Positions 49,327 to 62,065 are shown, numbered from the whole stretch's first letter. The stretch is DNA of 62,927 bases, filler included, from Chiloscyllium plagiosum (GCF_004010195.1; 5 parts of one record of this genome joined end to end with filler, not necessarily neighbours in it), one strand, 5' to 3'. Notes: generated from the sequence alone by a model not told the origin. A program made the numbers and translations.

Positions 49327-50100
49327 AGGTAAATGATGACACCTTCAACAATGCAGCACTCTCTCAGTGAACTGGAGCAAAATCTTTTTTTGAGTTCAAT
49401 TCTTGGAGTGAGCCTTCACCTGTGAAATGCCCAACTTTCTTACTCAGAGGTGAGAATACTACCAACAGTCACATCTTGCATGCATTCCAAGTATCTTTCA
49501 CCATTCTGAGTTACTTTTCTCAGATCCAAGTAATATCTTCACGCCTGCCCACTGAATGCCATCAGCCATAGTTCAGAAGCATCTCCTCATATATGAACAC
49601 TTCCTTGATGTCCTCAGCCTCTGAAGTAAAGTGTTGACATTTAAGTGAAGTTCCACTTTCACACTGCAGAATTTGAATCCGTGCTGCAGGCCTAATGTTT
49701 TGACTCTGATCAAACTTCCTTCTCCTCTCCAGCACGGGTTCTTGGAATTGATACGCCTAACGATTGTAAAGATTGACTGATTCTGGAAGCCAAGACAAAG
49801 GAATACCATCTCATTGAATGGCATTGCAGAAATGTTGGGCTGAATGGCCTACTTCTGCTCCTATGTCTTGTGGTTTTATTGTTTACATTCTGGCATGTTT
49901 ATATTTCATTATACAATTACAAATAATCCAGTTAGAATTTTTAAATTTAACTATCGGATGAATACTAAGAACTAATGGCTACAGCAGCAGTATATACATA
50001 TACATATACATTAAAATAAATGGTTGAAAATATTAAATCAGGAGACAGATGTAAAAGAAACATAACGCTCAGGCTGTAAGAAAATTAAGAAATTAAATAC

Positions 50101-50254
50101 CTCTCCAGAAGAAAGTACATTGTTGAGATATTCAAGAAAGGACTCTTCCTTGATTTCATTATCAGTGAATATGAAAGTGATTCCCTTGCCTTCTGCCCCA
50201 GCTGTTCTGTACAATATCTTCAAGTCGTCCATTAGATTGCTAACGTTGTACGCC
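50101..50254 (-). CDS. DNAH8: Axonemal dynein heavy chain exon (AAA4 region), DNAH5/DNAH8 type
   Basis: tgtcag acceptor, gtattt donor, 154 bp. [51 protein letters not shown]. This exon alone does not separate DNAH8 from DNAH5/DNAH5-like. Confidence 0.8.
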
Positions 50255-50483
50255 CTGACAGAAGCAATAAAATTACACATCTTACAAAAATAACCACTTA
50301 CATATATGCACATTTTGAACATCGAAACAAGATGTCACATAAGGGGAGATTGAGATTGCATCCCAAAATCTTAGTGAAAGAAGTGGGTCATATATGGCAC
50401 GATCAAAGGTATTTCAGAGTACAAGGTTTACTCCAGCTGTAATGACTATTAAGGCGATGCATACTCTTGTATAGACATGTGAT

Positions 50484-53298
50484 GTTTTTTAATAGGTATT
50501 TTTATTGAAAAAAGGAAATTTTAAAAGATTTTTTTTACAAAATTACAAAAGTACTACAAACAAGTATAAGCACCAATATAAAATTAAATAAATAAGAAAA
50601 AGGAAAAGAATAATAACTGAAACAAGAAAAATTGAAAAACCCAACTAACTACTGATCTATCCTACAAACAACCAAAATATAAAATAGGATATCATACATT
50701 GCTAGCGATAAACAACAGAATAATTAAATAACTAAGTACATGCTCAAACTAGATTTACATCAAGTCATAATGAAACCCGTATTTATACGGGATTCCTCCT
50801 CCCGGGTGTCCCCGGACCAGCCAGAACCACTACCACAGCCAGACAAAAACCCTGGGCAACATGGCCGAAATATCTGTGTCAATATAGTTCAAAAGGGCTG
50901 CCATATTTTATAGGAGAAAGTGAGGACTGCAGAATTTGTTTTCCCAAGCAGGCTAATTCAGTTTTTTGGTGCACCATATTTGTGAGAAGTCAAGGGGGAT
51001 ATATTCCATGATTATTAACCTGTGCCAGTTCAAAAGTCCTGGAGGGCCTTCAGCTGCCCAGTTCACTAAAATATTTTTCCTTGCACAAAAGGAGAGAATG
51101 GAAAATAGTTTCCTCCCGTGTACATCCAGGGAGGGAAAATCTGAAAAGCTCAAGAGTAGAGACACTGGATCCGATCTAATCTCCATACCCAAGATCTCTG
51201 TCAAGGCATTTGCTACTCTGTCCCAATACCTGCAGATCTTATGGCATGTCCATAGGCAATGCATGAGAGTGACAACTTCTATTTTGCATTTAGGACACAT
51301 TGGGGATGCTCCTACCTTAAATTTTGTAAGTCGTTCAGGTGCTATATGAGCCCTGTGGAGTATCTTTAATGGAATATCTTGAGCTCTATTACAAATAGAG
51401 ACCTTTCTGGCATTTTCCCAGATGTCCTCCCACATTGCTGAAGAGATTTCTAACCCCAATTCTTGGTTCCACATTTTAAATAATCATTCCATGTCTTTCG
51501 ATACCTCATTAAATAATGAGTGATAAAGAGTACTGACCGAGGGCGGCCCCATCGGCCATAGCACTCTTCTTTCCCTATCCGATTTGTGGGGATTGCCTAT
51601 CAGTGTGGTCTTCTTCTGTATATAATCTCTTATTTGGAAATACCGAAAAAGGTCCCGGTTAGGCTGTCCAAACTTATGGTACAACTGCTCAAAAGACGTC
51701 ATAACCTCCCCATCGAACAGGTCCCCCAAGCAAGAGATACCTCTGCATTTTTAAGTTTTAAATGTAGTGTCTGTCAGCCCTGACTGAAATCCCGATGCTC
51801 CCACTATAGGAGTATAAGGGGAGGTTTTTTGCAGGTTACCCTCATCTTGTTGCATTATCCTCCAGGCTTTAATTGTATTTAATACAATGGAGTTTTTGCA
51901 ATAGTCCATAATAGCTCTCATCTTATCCATAAATAAAAGATTGATGTGGGGACACTTTGCTTGGGAGGTCTCAATGTCTAACCAAATTGATTGTGGGTCA
52001 CAAGAGACCTGATCAGCTACATAAGATAATAAAGAGCTCAACTGATACCTCCTAAAGTCTGGGAAGTCCAGTCCTCCCCTTGCCTGTGGAAGCTGCAGCT
52101 TTTCTAATCTGATAAGGGGCCATCTGTGATTCCAGATAAAGGAACCAAGCCAGCTGTGGAGCTTAAGCAACGCCAATCTCGGCAACATCAGAGGGAGCAT
52201 TCTCATAGGATATAGAAGACGAGGTAGAATATTCATTTTAACCACGGCTACTCTGCCTAACCAGGATATTGGGAGAGCTCTCCAGCGTTGAAGGTCCTGC
52301 CTTATTTTCTCTAATAGGTGTACAAAATTGGCTTTGTACAGCTGACCAAATACTGGGGTGATAAAAATACCTAAGTATAGAAAACCTTCCAGTGACCACC
52401 AAAAGGGAAAACAAGATCCATCTCGTAAGTTGGATATACAGGCGAGATCACCTAACGCCATGGCCTCCGATTTCATAAAATTGATTTTATAGCCTGAGAA
52501 CATGCTAAATAGATTGGCCACTTGAATTAGGCAGGGCATGGATATCAAAGGATCACTTAAGAAAAGGAGGACATCATCTGCATAGAGAGTAATCTTATGT
52601 TTACCTGAACCAACCCTTGGGTATGGGTCGGGTATGTTAGGGTCAGTTTGTATAGCTTCCGCTAGTGGTTTGATTACTAGCGTGAATAATAATGGTGAGA
52701 GAGGACATCCCTGATGACAGCCCCTATCAATACTGAAGCTATCCATACCTAAATCATTGGTGATCACACCTGCTTTGGGGTGATTGTATAATACTGAGAC
52801 CCATTTAGAAAATACCTCTCCGACACCAAACCTTTCCAGTGTATAAAAAAAATGACCATTTTACCCGATCAAAAGCCTTCTCTGCGTCCAAGGAGGAAAC
52901 TAATTCCAGTATTCTTCCCTGTTGACAGGCTTGTATCATATTTAAGACCCTTTCAATATTATTTGTTGATCTGCGGCCCTTAATAAACCCCATCTGGTCC
53001 TCTTTTATGATGTATGGTAAGACCCTCTCCAATCTTAATGCTGACATTTTAAAAAGAATTTTAAAATCCACATTTAGCAAGGATATTGGTCTATATGATG
53101 AGCAATCTTCTGGGGCCTTTCTTATTTTTAAGAATGAGAGAGATATTTGCTTCTCTCAATGAAGGCGGAAGGCAGCCCTGACCATGTGAGTAATTATACA
53201 TATTTATAAATGGCCCAGCCAGTTCCCCTACAAATTCTTTATAAAACTCAACCTGGAATCCATCTTATCCAGGGGCTTTGCCACTCTGAAGCTGTCTA
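50484..53298 (-). mobile_element. L1-clade LINE ORF2 (RT and C-terminal zinc knuckle) with 3' UTR and poly(A), degenerate
   Basis: SLDAEKAFDRV, RGCHQGCPLSPLLF, LYADDVLLFL, YLGI, CPKC...HCLWTC; AATAAA and A-tail at about 50485-50506. Confidence 0.95.
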
Positions 53299-53434
53299 AT
53301 TGTGTCGAGTAGGGGATTCTATAATTAGGGGGACAGATAGTATCCTTTGCAAGCCGGATCGGGAGTCTCGCATGGTGTGTTGCCTGCCCGGTGCCAGGGT
53401 GCGGGACATCTCCGACCGGCTTGAAAGGATATTG
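53299..53434 (+). mobile_element. CR1 ORF1 esterase (SGNH/GDSL-like) fragment
   Basis: VGDSIIRGTD...MVCCLPGARVRDISDRLERIL. Confidence 0.85.
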
Positions 53435-53534
53435 NNNNNNNNNNNNNNNNNNNNNNNNNNNNNNNNNNNNNNNNNNNNTTAATTAATTAANNNNNNNNNN
53501 NNNNNNNNNNNNNNNNNNNNNNNNNNNNNNNNNN
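53435..53534. other. Artificial contig spacer
   Basis: N44-TTAATTAATTAA-N44. Confidence 0.98.
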
Positions 53535-55460
53535 CATGCACATGGACAGCATTGAATTGAGGGGTGCGTAGGTTAAGTTATTTTATTTTAAATTAGGATT
53601 AATTTTCGGCACAACAGTGTGGGCCGAAGGGCCTGTTCTGTGCTGTATTTTTCTATGTTCTATGTTCTATTAGTTTTTTTGTCCAAAAATCATTATAGAG
53701 TTTAACATTTTATTATTTTGTAATGGAAAAAATTTCTTATTAAGATCAAACACTGGATTCTGTAATGTTTATAAAAACTGTCATTTTTGGTGGGTTTGTG
53801 ATGTGTGTTCTGTCATGTCTCACAGTGGTATCTCACACACTACCATCCTCACCACAAAAGCATCCATTTCACAATTATATGATAGGGAAGGGGAAATTGT
53901 CACTGCTGTTAGGATCTTCTGGAGTACAAATGACTGGAAACCCTATGGTAGGAAAGATATTATTTAAGTGGAGAGCATCCAGGAAAGATTCACGAGGATG
54001 ATGCCAGGAATGGCAGGTTTGAGATATGAAAATAGACTAAAAAGGCTGTGGCTTTTTTCACTGGAGTGTAAAAGGGTTGAGGAGTGACTTTATTGAGGTT
54101 TATAAAATTGTGAGGGGAATAGATAAGGTGAATGACAAGGGTCTTTTCCCTAGAGGGAGAATTCAAAACTAGGGATCATATTTTTAAGGTGAGAGATGAA
54201 AGACATGAAGGGCAACATTTTTTACACAGAGTGGTTTGCATGTGGAATGAACTGCTAGAGGAAATTGTGGATGAAGGTACAGTTACAATGTTTGAAAGAC
54301 ATTTAAAACATGTTTAAAATAGGAAAGGTTTGGAGGGATATGGGCCAAGCATAGGCAGGTGGGAATCGATTAGTTTAAGAACATAGTCGCGTGGACTAGT
54401 TGGACTGAAGGGTCTATTTCCAAGCTGTATGACTCTATGACTCTATGACTCTATGAAACAGAAACAGGTATAGGTCAGTCAGACCCTTGAGCCTGTTCAA
54501 CCATTCAGTGAAATCATGGCTGGCCTATGGCCTAATTTCATATACCTGCCTTTTGCCCACAACCGTTAATACCTTTCCTAAACAGAAGAAGATCTATTTC
54601 AGATTTTAAAATAATAACTGATTTAGTATCAATTGCTGCTTTTGGTAGAGAGTTCCAGAACTAGAATCTAGAAGCGGTGGAAATAGTTTATCTTTATCTA
54701 CCTTGTCTTTTTCTGTTATTATCTTGAAGACTTTGATCAGAGGACTCTTTTACCCTCTAAATTCGAGAGAAAAAGGCTTAATCTACAACTTCCTCACAAC
54801 TTGAAGTCAACACATCATTCTTGTAAACCTACAGTTATATGTCCTCCTAAGCTTTGATGTCAGATACAGTACTCCACTGTAACCAGGGCTTTGTAATGCT
54901 GCAGTTATATATCTACATAATTGGACTCCAAACTTCTAGATATAAAGACCAGCATTCCATTAGCCTTCTTGATTATTTACTGCACCTGTTCGAGGCATTT
55001 TAAAGATCTATGCACCTGAATGTCCAAATTTCTTCAGTCATCTGCTGTACTTAACTTGATACAATCTAGAAAAAACCCTGATCTATCTCTTTTTGGTGCA
55101 AAACAGATAGTATCACACTTGCCTCAATGTGCCAGTTTTTCCCATTCATCTAGACTATCAATATCCCTTTGTAATTTTATGCTAATTTCCACACTCATTA
55201 TATTGCAGCCAACATTGTGTCATCAGCAAATTTGGATATTATCCAAGCCGTTAAGAAACAATGTGAATAATTAAGGTCCTAATACCAATCCTTGTGCGAC
55301 ACCACTGGTCACATCCTGCCAATTTGGGTACCTGCTCATTGTCTCTACTTTCTGTCACTTGCCACTCAACTAATCTCCCAGCCATTTTAGTAATTTTCAC
55401 TCAATCTCATGGGTTTCTACCTTAGTTAACAGTCTCTTCTGAGGGACTTTATCAAATGAG
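53535..55460. mobile_element. Cluster of CR1 3' ends and fragments
   Basis: (ttctatg)n tail at about 53650-53670; + copy 53975-54455 ending (actctatg)3; decayed - copy 54470-55460. Confidence 0.85.
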
Positions 55461-55944
55461 AGACAGTCAACAATGGCTGTGACCTCTAGAAGTTGACTGT
55501 GAAAGGATTTTGAAAGAGGTGAGAAGGAATGAAAAGTTCAACTGCTGAGACAAGGCCAATGAGTCTTGCAAAGCTCCCAGCCATTTTCTTCCTTGGCAGC
55601 AAATGTGGCAGAGACTGCTGTGCCAGAATGGGGTTCCTGAGTAACTCCAGGTTATGTTTAACACCATGGCACAAACTGTCACCTCATGAGAAGGAAGATC
55701 ACTGGAGACATGCATACCAGAGAATCAATCAAGCTTTATTTCATCATAAATTTGACGTGATTTATAAAAATAGATTCAGGTGAAAAATGTATATATATTT
55801 AGAAAAATAATGAATTGAGAGACATCCTTAAGAAAAAAACAAGTAGGTAGTGTTGTGATTTAAAAAAGAAGAGGAGCTATTTTTGTCAGGATCTAACAGC
55901 ATAATAAACAGCTTCTCTTGAAAGCTAATAAAGCTATGACGTAC

Positions 55945-56137
55945 CATTTCATAGATTTTTGGGAGAACAAAGACAAAATCTTCAGGCTCATCACCAGTTG
56001 GCTCTGGCATATCCCGGAGGAAATCAACGAAGTATGGCTCTTCATGAATCATCTGTGCTACTCTTTTTCCAATAACTTTTTCAACTGCGCGAGTAATTGC
56101 ACTTTCAAACCAATCTTTGTCTTCTTGATTTATAAAT
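55945..56137 (-). CDS. DNAH8: Dynein axonemal heavy chain 8-like exon (between AAA3 and AAA4)
   Basis: ttcatag acceptor, gtacgt donor, 193 bp, phase 2-0. FINQEDKDWF...EPYFVDFLRDMPEPTGDEPEDFVFVLPKIYEM matches the recalled DNAH8 motif EPYFVDFLREMPEPTGDEPED better than DNAH5. Confidence 0.88.
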
Positions 56138-56454
56138 CTATGAAGTAACCAGAAAGTCACTAATTAATCATTAAAAATTTTAATGCAATGAAGATAACTA
56201 CTTTATTCAGTGTGAGTCTTGAATCTTTATGTTTATATTTTCAAAGTATGTAGGGGTAGTCAGAGAGAATGTCCTGAAGATTGTTACCTTGCATTTTAAC
56301 TAAGCTCCACTTTGGATCCCAATTGGAAGAAGCACTAAGGGCACAAAATACACTCTGGTTGGGGGCCCTTCAATTTTCATCAATAAGACTGATTTTAGCA
56401 GCACACTACTTACTGAGCTAATGAATCAGTCAGATTTAGCTGTCAGACTTCGAT

Positions 56455-56940
56455 CATAAGATATAGAAGATAGTTAGGTCATTCAGACCAATAAGTCTGC
56501 TCCATCATGGCTGATATGTTTCTCAACCCCATTGTCCTGCCTTCTCCCCTTACCAATCAAGAACCTATCTATCTATTTCTTAAATATATTCAATGACCAG
56601 ACCTTCACAGTTTGTTGTGGCAATTAATTCCACAGATCAACCACCCTCCGGCTGAAGAAATCCCCCCCATCTCAGTTCTAAAGGGTAATCCCTTCACTCT
56701 GAGCCTGTGCCCTTGGGTCATGGTCTCTCCTACTAGTGAAAATGTCTTCTCCAAGTCCACTATATCCAGGCCTCTCAATAAGCTTCAGTGAGATCACACC
56801 AAATTCTTCTAAACTCCATTAAGTACAGACCCAGAATCCTCAACCGCTCGTTATATGATAAGCTCTTCATCCCTGGAATCCTTCTCGCAAACCTCCTCAA
56901 AACTTCTCCAACACATTCTTCCTTAGTTATGAGTCCCAAA
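56455..56940 (-). mobile_element. CR1 3' end
   Basis: cataagatatagaag...tcatggctgatatgtttctcaacccc tail and ORF2 C-terminus in reverse. Confidence 0.8.
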
Positions 56941-57377
56941 GTTTTGTCCCTGGCAAGTAGTAAACAACAGGATAGAGACTCCTACTAGCTTTGGTCTTTA
57001 CCTTAGTCTGGTAGTGGAAGATGAATCTGTCCCTGATAAGATTGGTAGGATTGGCTACTAACCAATCCACACGAACATAAAGCCCTGATTCAGAGCAGAT
57101 CTAGCAGCTAAAACCTGGGCAACCCTGAGGTGCTGTAGGCCAACAGTTTTAGAAGAATTATTTTCAACCACAATCTCTAATTTCATAGCCCAGCATATTA
57201 CGCACTCTATTCTTATTATTAGAAAAGCAACATCATAATTTCTGATTCAATGAAGAAGTCAAGAGAATCTCCAGAAGGAGCAACAGGTATGTCTGAAGTG
57301 TCAACCTGGTGAAGTTACAAAACAAGACTACCTGACAGGCAGGGGAAACAGCAAACAATTGATAAGAGGTAAGATGA

Positions 57378-57530
57378 GAGTAGTGCTGGAAATGCACAGC
57401 AGGTCAGGTAGCATCTGAGGAGCAGGAAAATCGACGTTTCGGGCAGGATGCTGCCTGACCTGCTGTGCATTTCCAGCATCACTCTAATCATGACTCTAAT
57501 CTCCAGCATCTGCAGTCCTCACTTTTGCCT
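57378..57530. mobile_element. Fold-back Penelope mini-element with deleted centre, about 24-bp imperfect TSD
   Basis: gtgctggaaatgcacagcaggtcagg...cctgacctgctgtgcatttccagcat plus tail; flanks aaacaattgataagaggtaagatga / aaataattgatagagttaagtga. Confidence 0.82.
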
Positions 57531-57959
57531 AAATAATTGATAGAGTTAAGTGATCTGATAACCAATGTGTAAGGTTAAAGCTCTGTAGTCTTATCACTTG
57601 TAGTCATGGCTGGGAGTGAACAATGAAACAACTAAACAGGAGCCTTACAAAAGGGAAGTCAAACATTAACATTACACGAAAGTGGTGAGTTGACTGGTTG
57701 GTGACTAGTTGCTGTTAGCGACTTAGTGTAAAATGTTGAAATTGAAAAAAATGCATTTTATTTCAAACAACTGTAATTACCTAGTTTAAGGGACTCCATT
57801 AGAAGGGAAATAAGAAACTCGGGATTTTACTGTGTGTTTATTCTTAAATGGTAACATTTATTATGTTCTGATGTTTAGGCTAGTACAGTACATGATAAAG
57901 TGAAGAAACATTAAATTATTTTGGAATTAACTAAACATATACGTAACTAATTATGAATG

Positions 57960-59745
57960 AAGACACAATAAAGATTACAGGGCAGGTGATGTATCATAAT
58001 TGCTTTTGTCAGGGGTCTTGGATGCCAGTGGTTCAGGGTAAACATGTCTGCTGTGAGTGGTTGCAACATGAGCAGCTTCAGCTCAGTGTTTATGAAATGG
58101 AAGATAAGCTACAGGCATCATGTCATATCAGGGCAGGGGAAGTTACCTGGACACTGGGAAGTTGTGAGAAATCAAACATTAGAAGCTAGAAAAGAAAGAA
58201 AGGTATCAGTAAGGTAAGTGATAAACAGATCATGAAAGGAGGGTTCAAGCTGCACAAATCTATGAGAGAAATTAAAGAAGAAAGTTCCACAAATATCACC
58301 ATCCTCAATGATGGGGGACCCCAGCATTCGCAACAATCTTCAGTAGATGATCCATTTCAGCTTTCTCCAGAGATCCCCAGCATCACAGCCAATTTGATTC
58401 TCATAGACACACAGACATTGACAGCACAGAAGGAAAGCCATTTGGTCCTTCCTGTTCACACTGGTCAAAAAGGATGTGACCATACTAATTTTATTCCCCA
58501 GCTCTTGGCCCATGGCCTTGGAGGATATAGAAAACACAAGTGAACACATAAATAAATGTTACAATGGTTTCTTACACAACTTCACTTTCAGACAGTGAGT
58601 TCTATGCTCCCACTTCCAGCTGGGTAAAAAAAAATCTCAACTCACCTCTTAACTTTCTACTTTTTGCATTAAATCTACATTCCTTGGTTACTGACCCCAT
58701 GAGTAATGGAAAAAAGTGCCTTCTTATCCACATTATCAATGTCTCTCATTATGTCGTATATCCCTGTTAGGTTTACTTTCAAACTTTGTTGCTCCAACAA
58801 AATATCCTAGCCTATTCAATATTCCATCATAGCTCAGACCTTCCGACTCAGGCAATACCCTGATAAATCGCCTCAGCATCCTCTTCAGCTCAACCATGGT
58901 GTTCTTATGATGTGATGACCAGAACTACATGCAGTACTCCAGTTGTGACTTAAACAGCATATTAAACTCCCATGAGATTAACCATCCTCTCAGCATGGAG
59001 GATATAGACGGGCTGGTCAGATGGGTTTATCAGCGGTAAATGGAATGTAATCTGGATAAATATGAGGTGATGTACTTGGGAGGACAAACATGCCAAGGGA
59101 ATACATGATGAACTGCAGGACCCTGGAAAGCACTGAGGATCAGAGGGACTGTGGTGTGCATGTACATGGGTCCCTTAAATTGTCAGGATATGCAGATGAA
59201 ATAGTTAAAAAGACATTTGGGATACTTGCTTTTATTAACCAAGGTATTTCGTTTAAGAGCAGAGATGTTGTGCTGGATCTTTATAAAACATCAGTTAGGC
59301 CACAGCTAGAATATTGGCTGCAGTTCTGGAATCTATATTATAGGAGTAATGTGGTCAGATTGGAGCGGATGAGAGAAGATTTACCATGTTGTTGTCTGGA
59401 CTGGAGATTTTCAGTTTTACTGAGGGGTTGGATAGACTGGGCATGTTTTCCTTAAAGCAGAGGAAATTGAGAGAGAAATTGATTGAGATGTATATGACGG
59501 GTTTAGATATGGTAGACAGGAGAAAGTTATTACCCTTGATGAAGGGAGCAATGACTAGGGTGAATATAAATTTAAGGTAAGGAGCAGAAGTTTTGAGGAG
59601 ATGAAAGGAAAACCTTTTGTATGCAGAGCTGGTAGAAATCTGGAATTCACTGCCTGTAAGAGTAATACAGGCAGAAACCTTCATAACATTTAAGAAGTAT
59701 TTAGAAGTGCACTTGTGATGCTGAGGCATAGAAGACTATGGACTG
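57960..59745. mobile_element. Old CR1/L2 fragments
   Basis: ORF1 zinc-finger remnant at about 57975-58150; - CR1 at 58420-58960; + CR1 at 58990-59745 (VRPQLEYWLQFW). Confidence 0.75.
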
Positions 59746-59746
59746 T

Positions 59747-60062
59747 GGGCGGCACGGTGGCACAGTGGTTAGCACTGCTGCCTCACAGCGCCAGAGACCC
59801 GGGTTCAATTCCCGCCTAAGGCGACCTACTGTGTGGAGTTTGCACATTCTCCCCGTGTCTGCGTGGGTTTCATCCGGGTGCTCCGGTTTCCTCCCACAGT
59901 CCAAAGATGTGCAGATCAGGTGAATTGGCCATGCTAAATTGCCCGTAGTGTTAGGTAAAAGGGGTAAATGTAGGGGAATGGGTGGGTTGTGCTTTGGTGG
60001 GTAGGTGAGGACTTGTTGGGCTGAAGGGCCTGTATCCACACTGTAAGTGATCTAATCTAATC
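59747..60062 (+). mobile_element. Full-length tRNA-derived HE1-type V-SINE
   Basis: A box tggcacagtgg (59758), B box ggttcaattcc (59802), V domain tgtgtggagtttgcacattctccccgtgtctgcgtgggtttc...ccggtttcctcccacagtccaaaga, CR1-like tail and (tctaa)n end. Confidence 0.93.
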
Positions 60063-60065
60063 ATG

Positions 60066-60165
60066 NNNNNNNNNNNNNNNNNNNNNNNNNNNNNNNNNNN
60101 NNNNNNNNNTTAATTAATTAANNNNNNNNNNNNNNNNNNNNNNNNNNNNNNNNNNNNNNNNNNNN
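60066..60165. other. Artificial contig spacer
   Basis: N44-TTAATTAATTAA-N44. Confidence 0.98.
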
Positions 60166-60660
60166 AAGGACCCGATACCCAACATAAGCAAAACTAATGT
60201 AGTATACAAAATCCCATGCAAGGACTGCACAAAACACTACATAGGACAAACAGAAAGACAACTAACGATCCGCATCCAGGAACGTAAACTAGCCACGAAA
60301 CGCAGCGACCAATTATGCGTAGTCGCCACACACACAGAAGACAAGCAACATGAATTCGAGTGGGGCAACACTACTATTATAGGGCAAGCCAAACAAAGAC
60401 CAGCCAGGGAATTCCCAGAAGCATGGCACTCATCCGCAAACTTCATCAACAAACACATCGACTTGGACCCAATATACCAGCCACTGCAGCGGACAGCTGA
60501 AACTGACAACAGGAAGCGACATTGACAGGCAACTATAAATGCCGCTTCACAGGAGGCTCCCAAGCGCTTCACAGGAGGCTCCCAAGCACTGAGGATGCCA
60601 CCTAGACAGGAGACGAAACGTTTCCAACAAAAATGTCAAGCTCGGCGAACAGAAACACAT
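60166..60660 (+). mobile_element. Penelope-like element 3' end: GIY-YIG endonuclease and terminal repeat with hammerhead
   Basis: Open frame 60166-60525 KDPIPNISKTNVVYKIPCKDCTKHYIGQTERQLTIRIQE...REFPEAWHS...INKHIDLDPIYQPL; gca-CTGAGGA...GAAACGTT at 60586-60622. Confidence 0.93.
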
Positions 60661-61405
60661 CATTGTCTTGAGTGTTCCAGAGTTTTTCATTGTCCCAGAG
60701 TTCAGATGAAGTTTGCATTTCTCACGTACGTGAGCGAGAATGATTTCAATGTCTCAGATCAGTTCCTGTCCCGAGAACATCAGAGTCAATGTCCCGTCCT
60801 CTACTCGGTCTGACAGTTCACACTTCTTCATTCTCCTCTGATTCCATTACCCAAAGAATTTCTCAAGATTTACAAATCTGGAGCCTAAATTATATGGTTT
60901 GCTTCCTAAACATTTTTTCAACTGCCAACTGACAATATTTTCACAGTATCTCTTCACAATCCTCTGGCTTGCACCATGTCCAGGGATGAGAAGTCCCGTT
61001 TGGTGGAGCGATTCCCGAGGCTGATGAGTTGCACTTTGGAACAAAGATGGTTAAGTGGCGATTTCCTGCGGTTGTTTCTAATGATGGAGAGGGAGCGGTG
61101 GGGAATAAGCACTTTGACGAGCAGGACGAAGTGTTGTCACTGACCCGAGTCAGAGAACAGTGGACAGGGATTAAAGGAATCTAATGAAAAGCAGCACTTC
61201 TGCTCAGGACGTTCAGTAACAGCTGCAGAAACCCGATGTGTCGATCAGTGTATCTGGAAAGAGAAACAGAGATAATGTTTTAACTATGGAACATTTCTGA
61301 TGAAGAACTCGAGTTTCCCAAGTCTAATCAAATTACCGGCCTGGTTCACAAAATAATCTTTCTGAACTTTAAGCGAAAATTGTACTAGCAGGGAAGCATT
61401 CATAA

Positions 61406-61487
61406 CGTAGTCAGCAGGGATCGAACCTACGTGGGGAAACACCAATGGATTTCTAATCCGTCGCCTTAACCACTCGGCCATGACTAC
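61406..61487 (-). tRNA. tRNA-Ser(AGA), probably decaying/pseudogene
   Basis: 82 nt GTAGTCATGGCCGAGTGGTTAAGGCGACGGATTAGAAATCCATTGGTGTTTCCCCACGTAGGTTCGATCCCTGCTGACTACG. Cloverleaf with long variable arm; mismatches in the anticodon stem and variable arm. Confidence 0.9.
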
Positions 61488-62065
61488 AAACAGCGCGGAG
61501 TATTTGAGCATTGACCAAATCAGCCGTGATCTCATTGAAAGCTCTCGCTGACTTGAGCGAAATGCTCCCATCTCCTTTCATACCTTTGCTGTCATTTGTA
61601 AGGTGTGAGACACCAATGTAAAAGAAGAAAAGCACAAAGGTAGGAAAAGATATTTGCAGGCAAACTGAGTCAAAATTATTTATTGAAAGGAAAATCACAC
61701 TTGGCAATTTGCCATATCTCTTTGCGAACATGACCAGCAGAAGTAAGCAAAGGAGCTATTGATCTGAGTATTCTCGGACATGAAGCAAACAAAGTTTAGT
61801 GACACATTCATTTCTTTTTCTGGCGATCGAAATGATCTTTCCTGATGGTTACAATGAAAGAGATGGTTCCCAATAAAAGACAGAGATCAATTCGCATGTA
61901 GATATATTTCAATGTGACACGATCCATTTTCAGTCCCTAATTACCCCAGAGATGGAGGAGATGAGTTACTTTTCTTCACTCTTCAACTCCTCAGCACGCA
62001 GGTACAAACATGAAACCGCTAGAGATGGAGTTCTTGAATTGGGAACCAGAGACACTAAAGAAACT

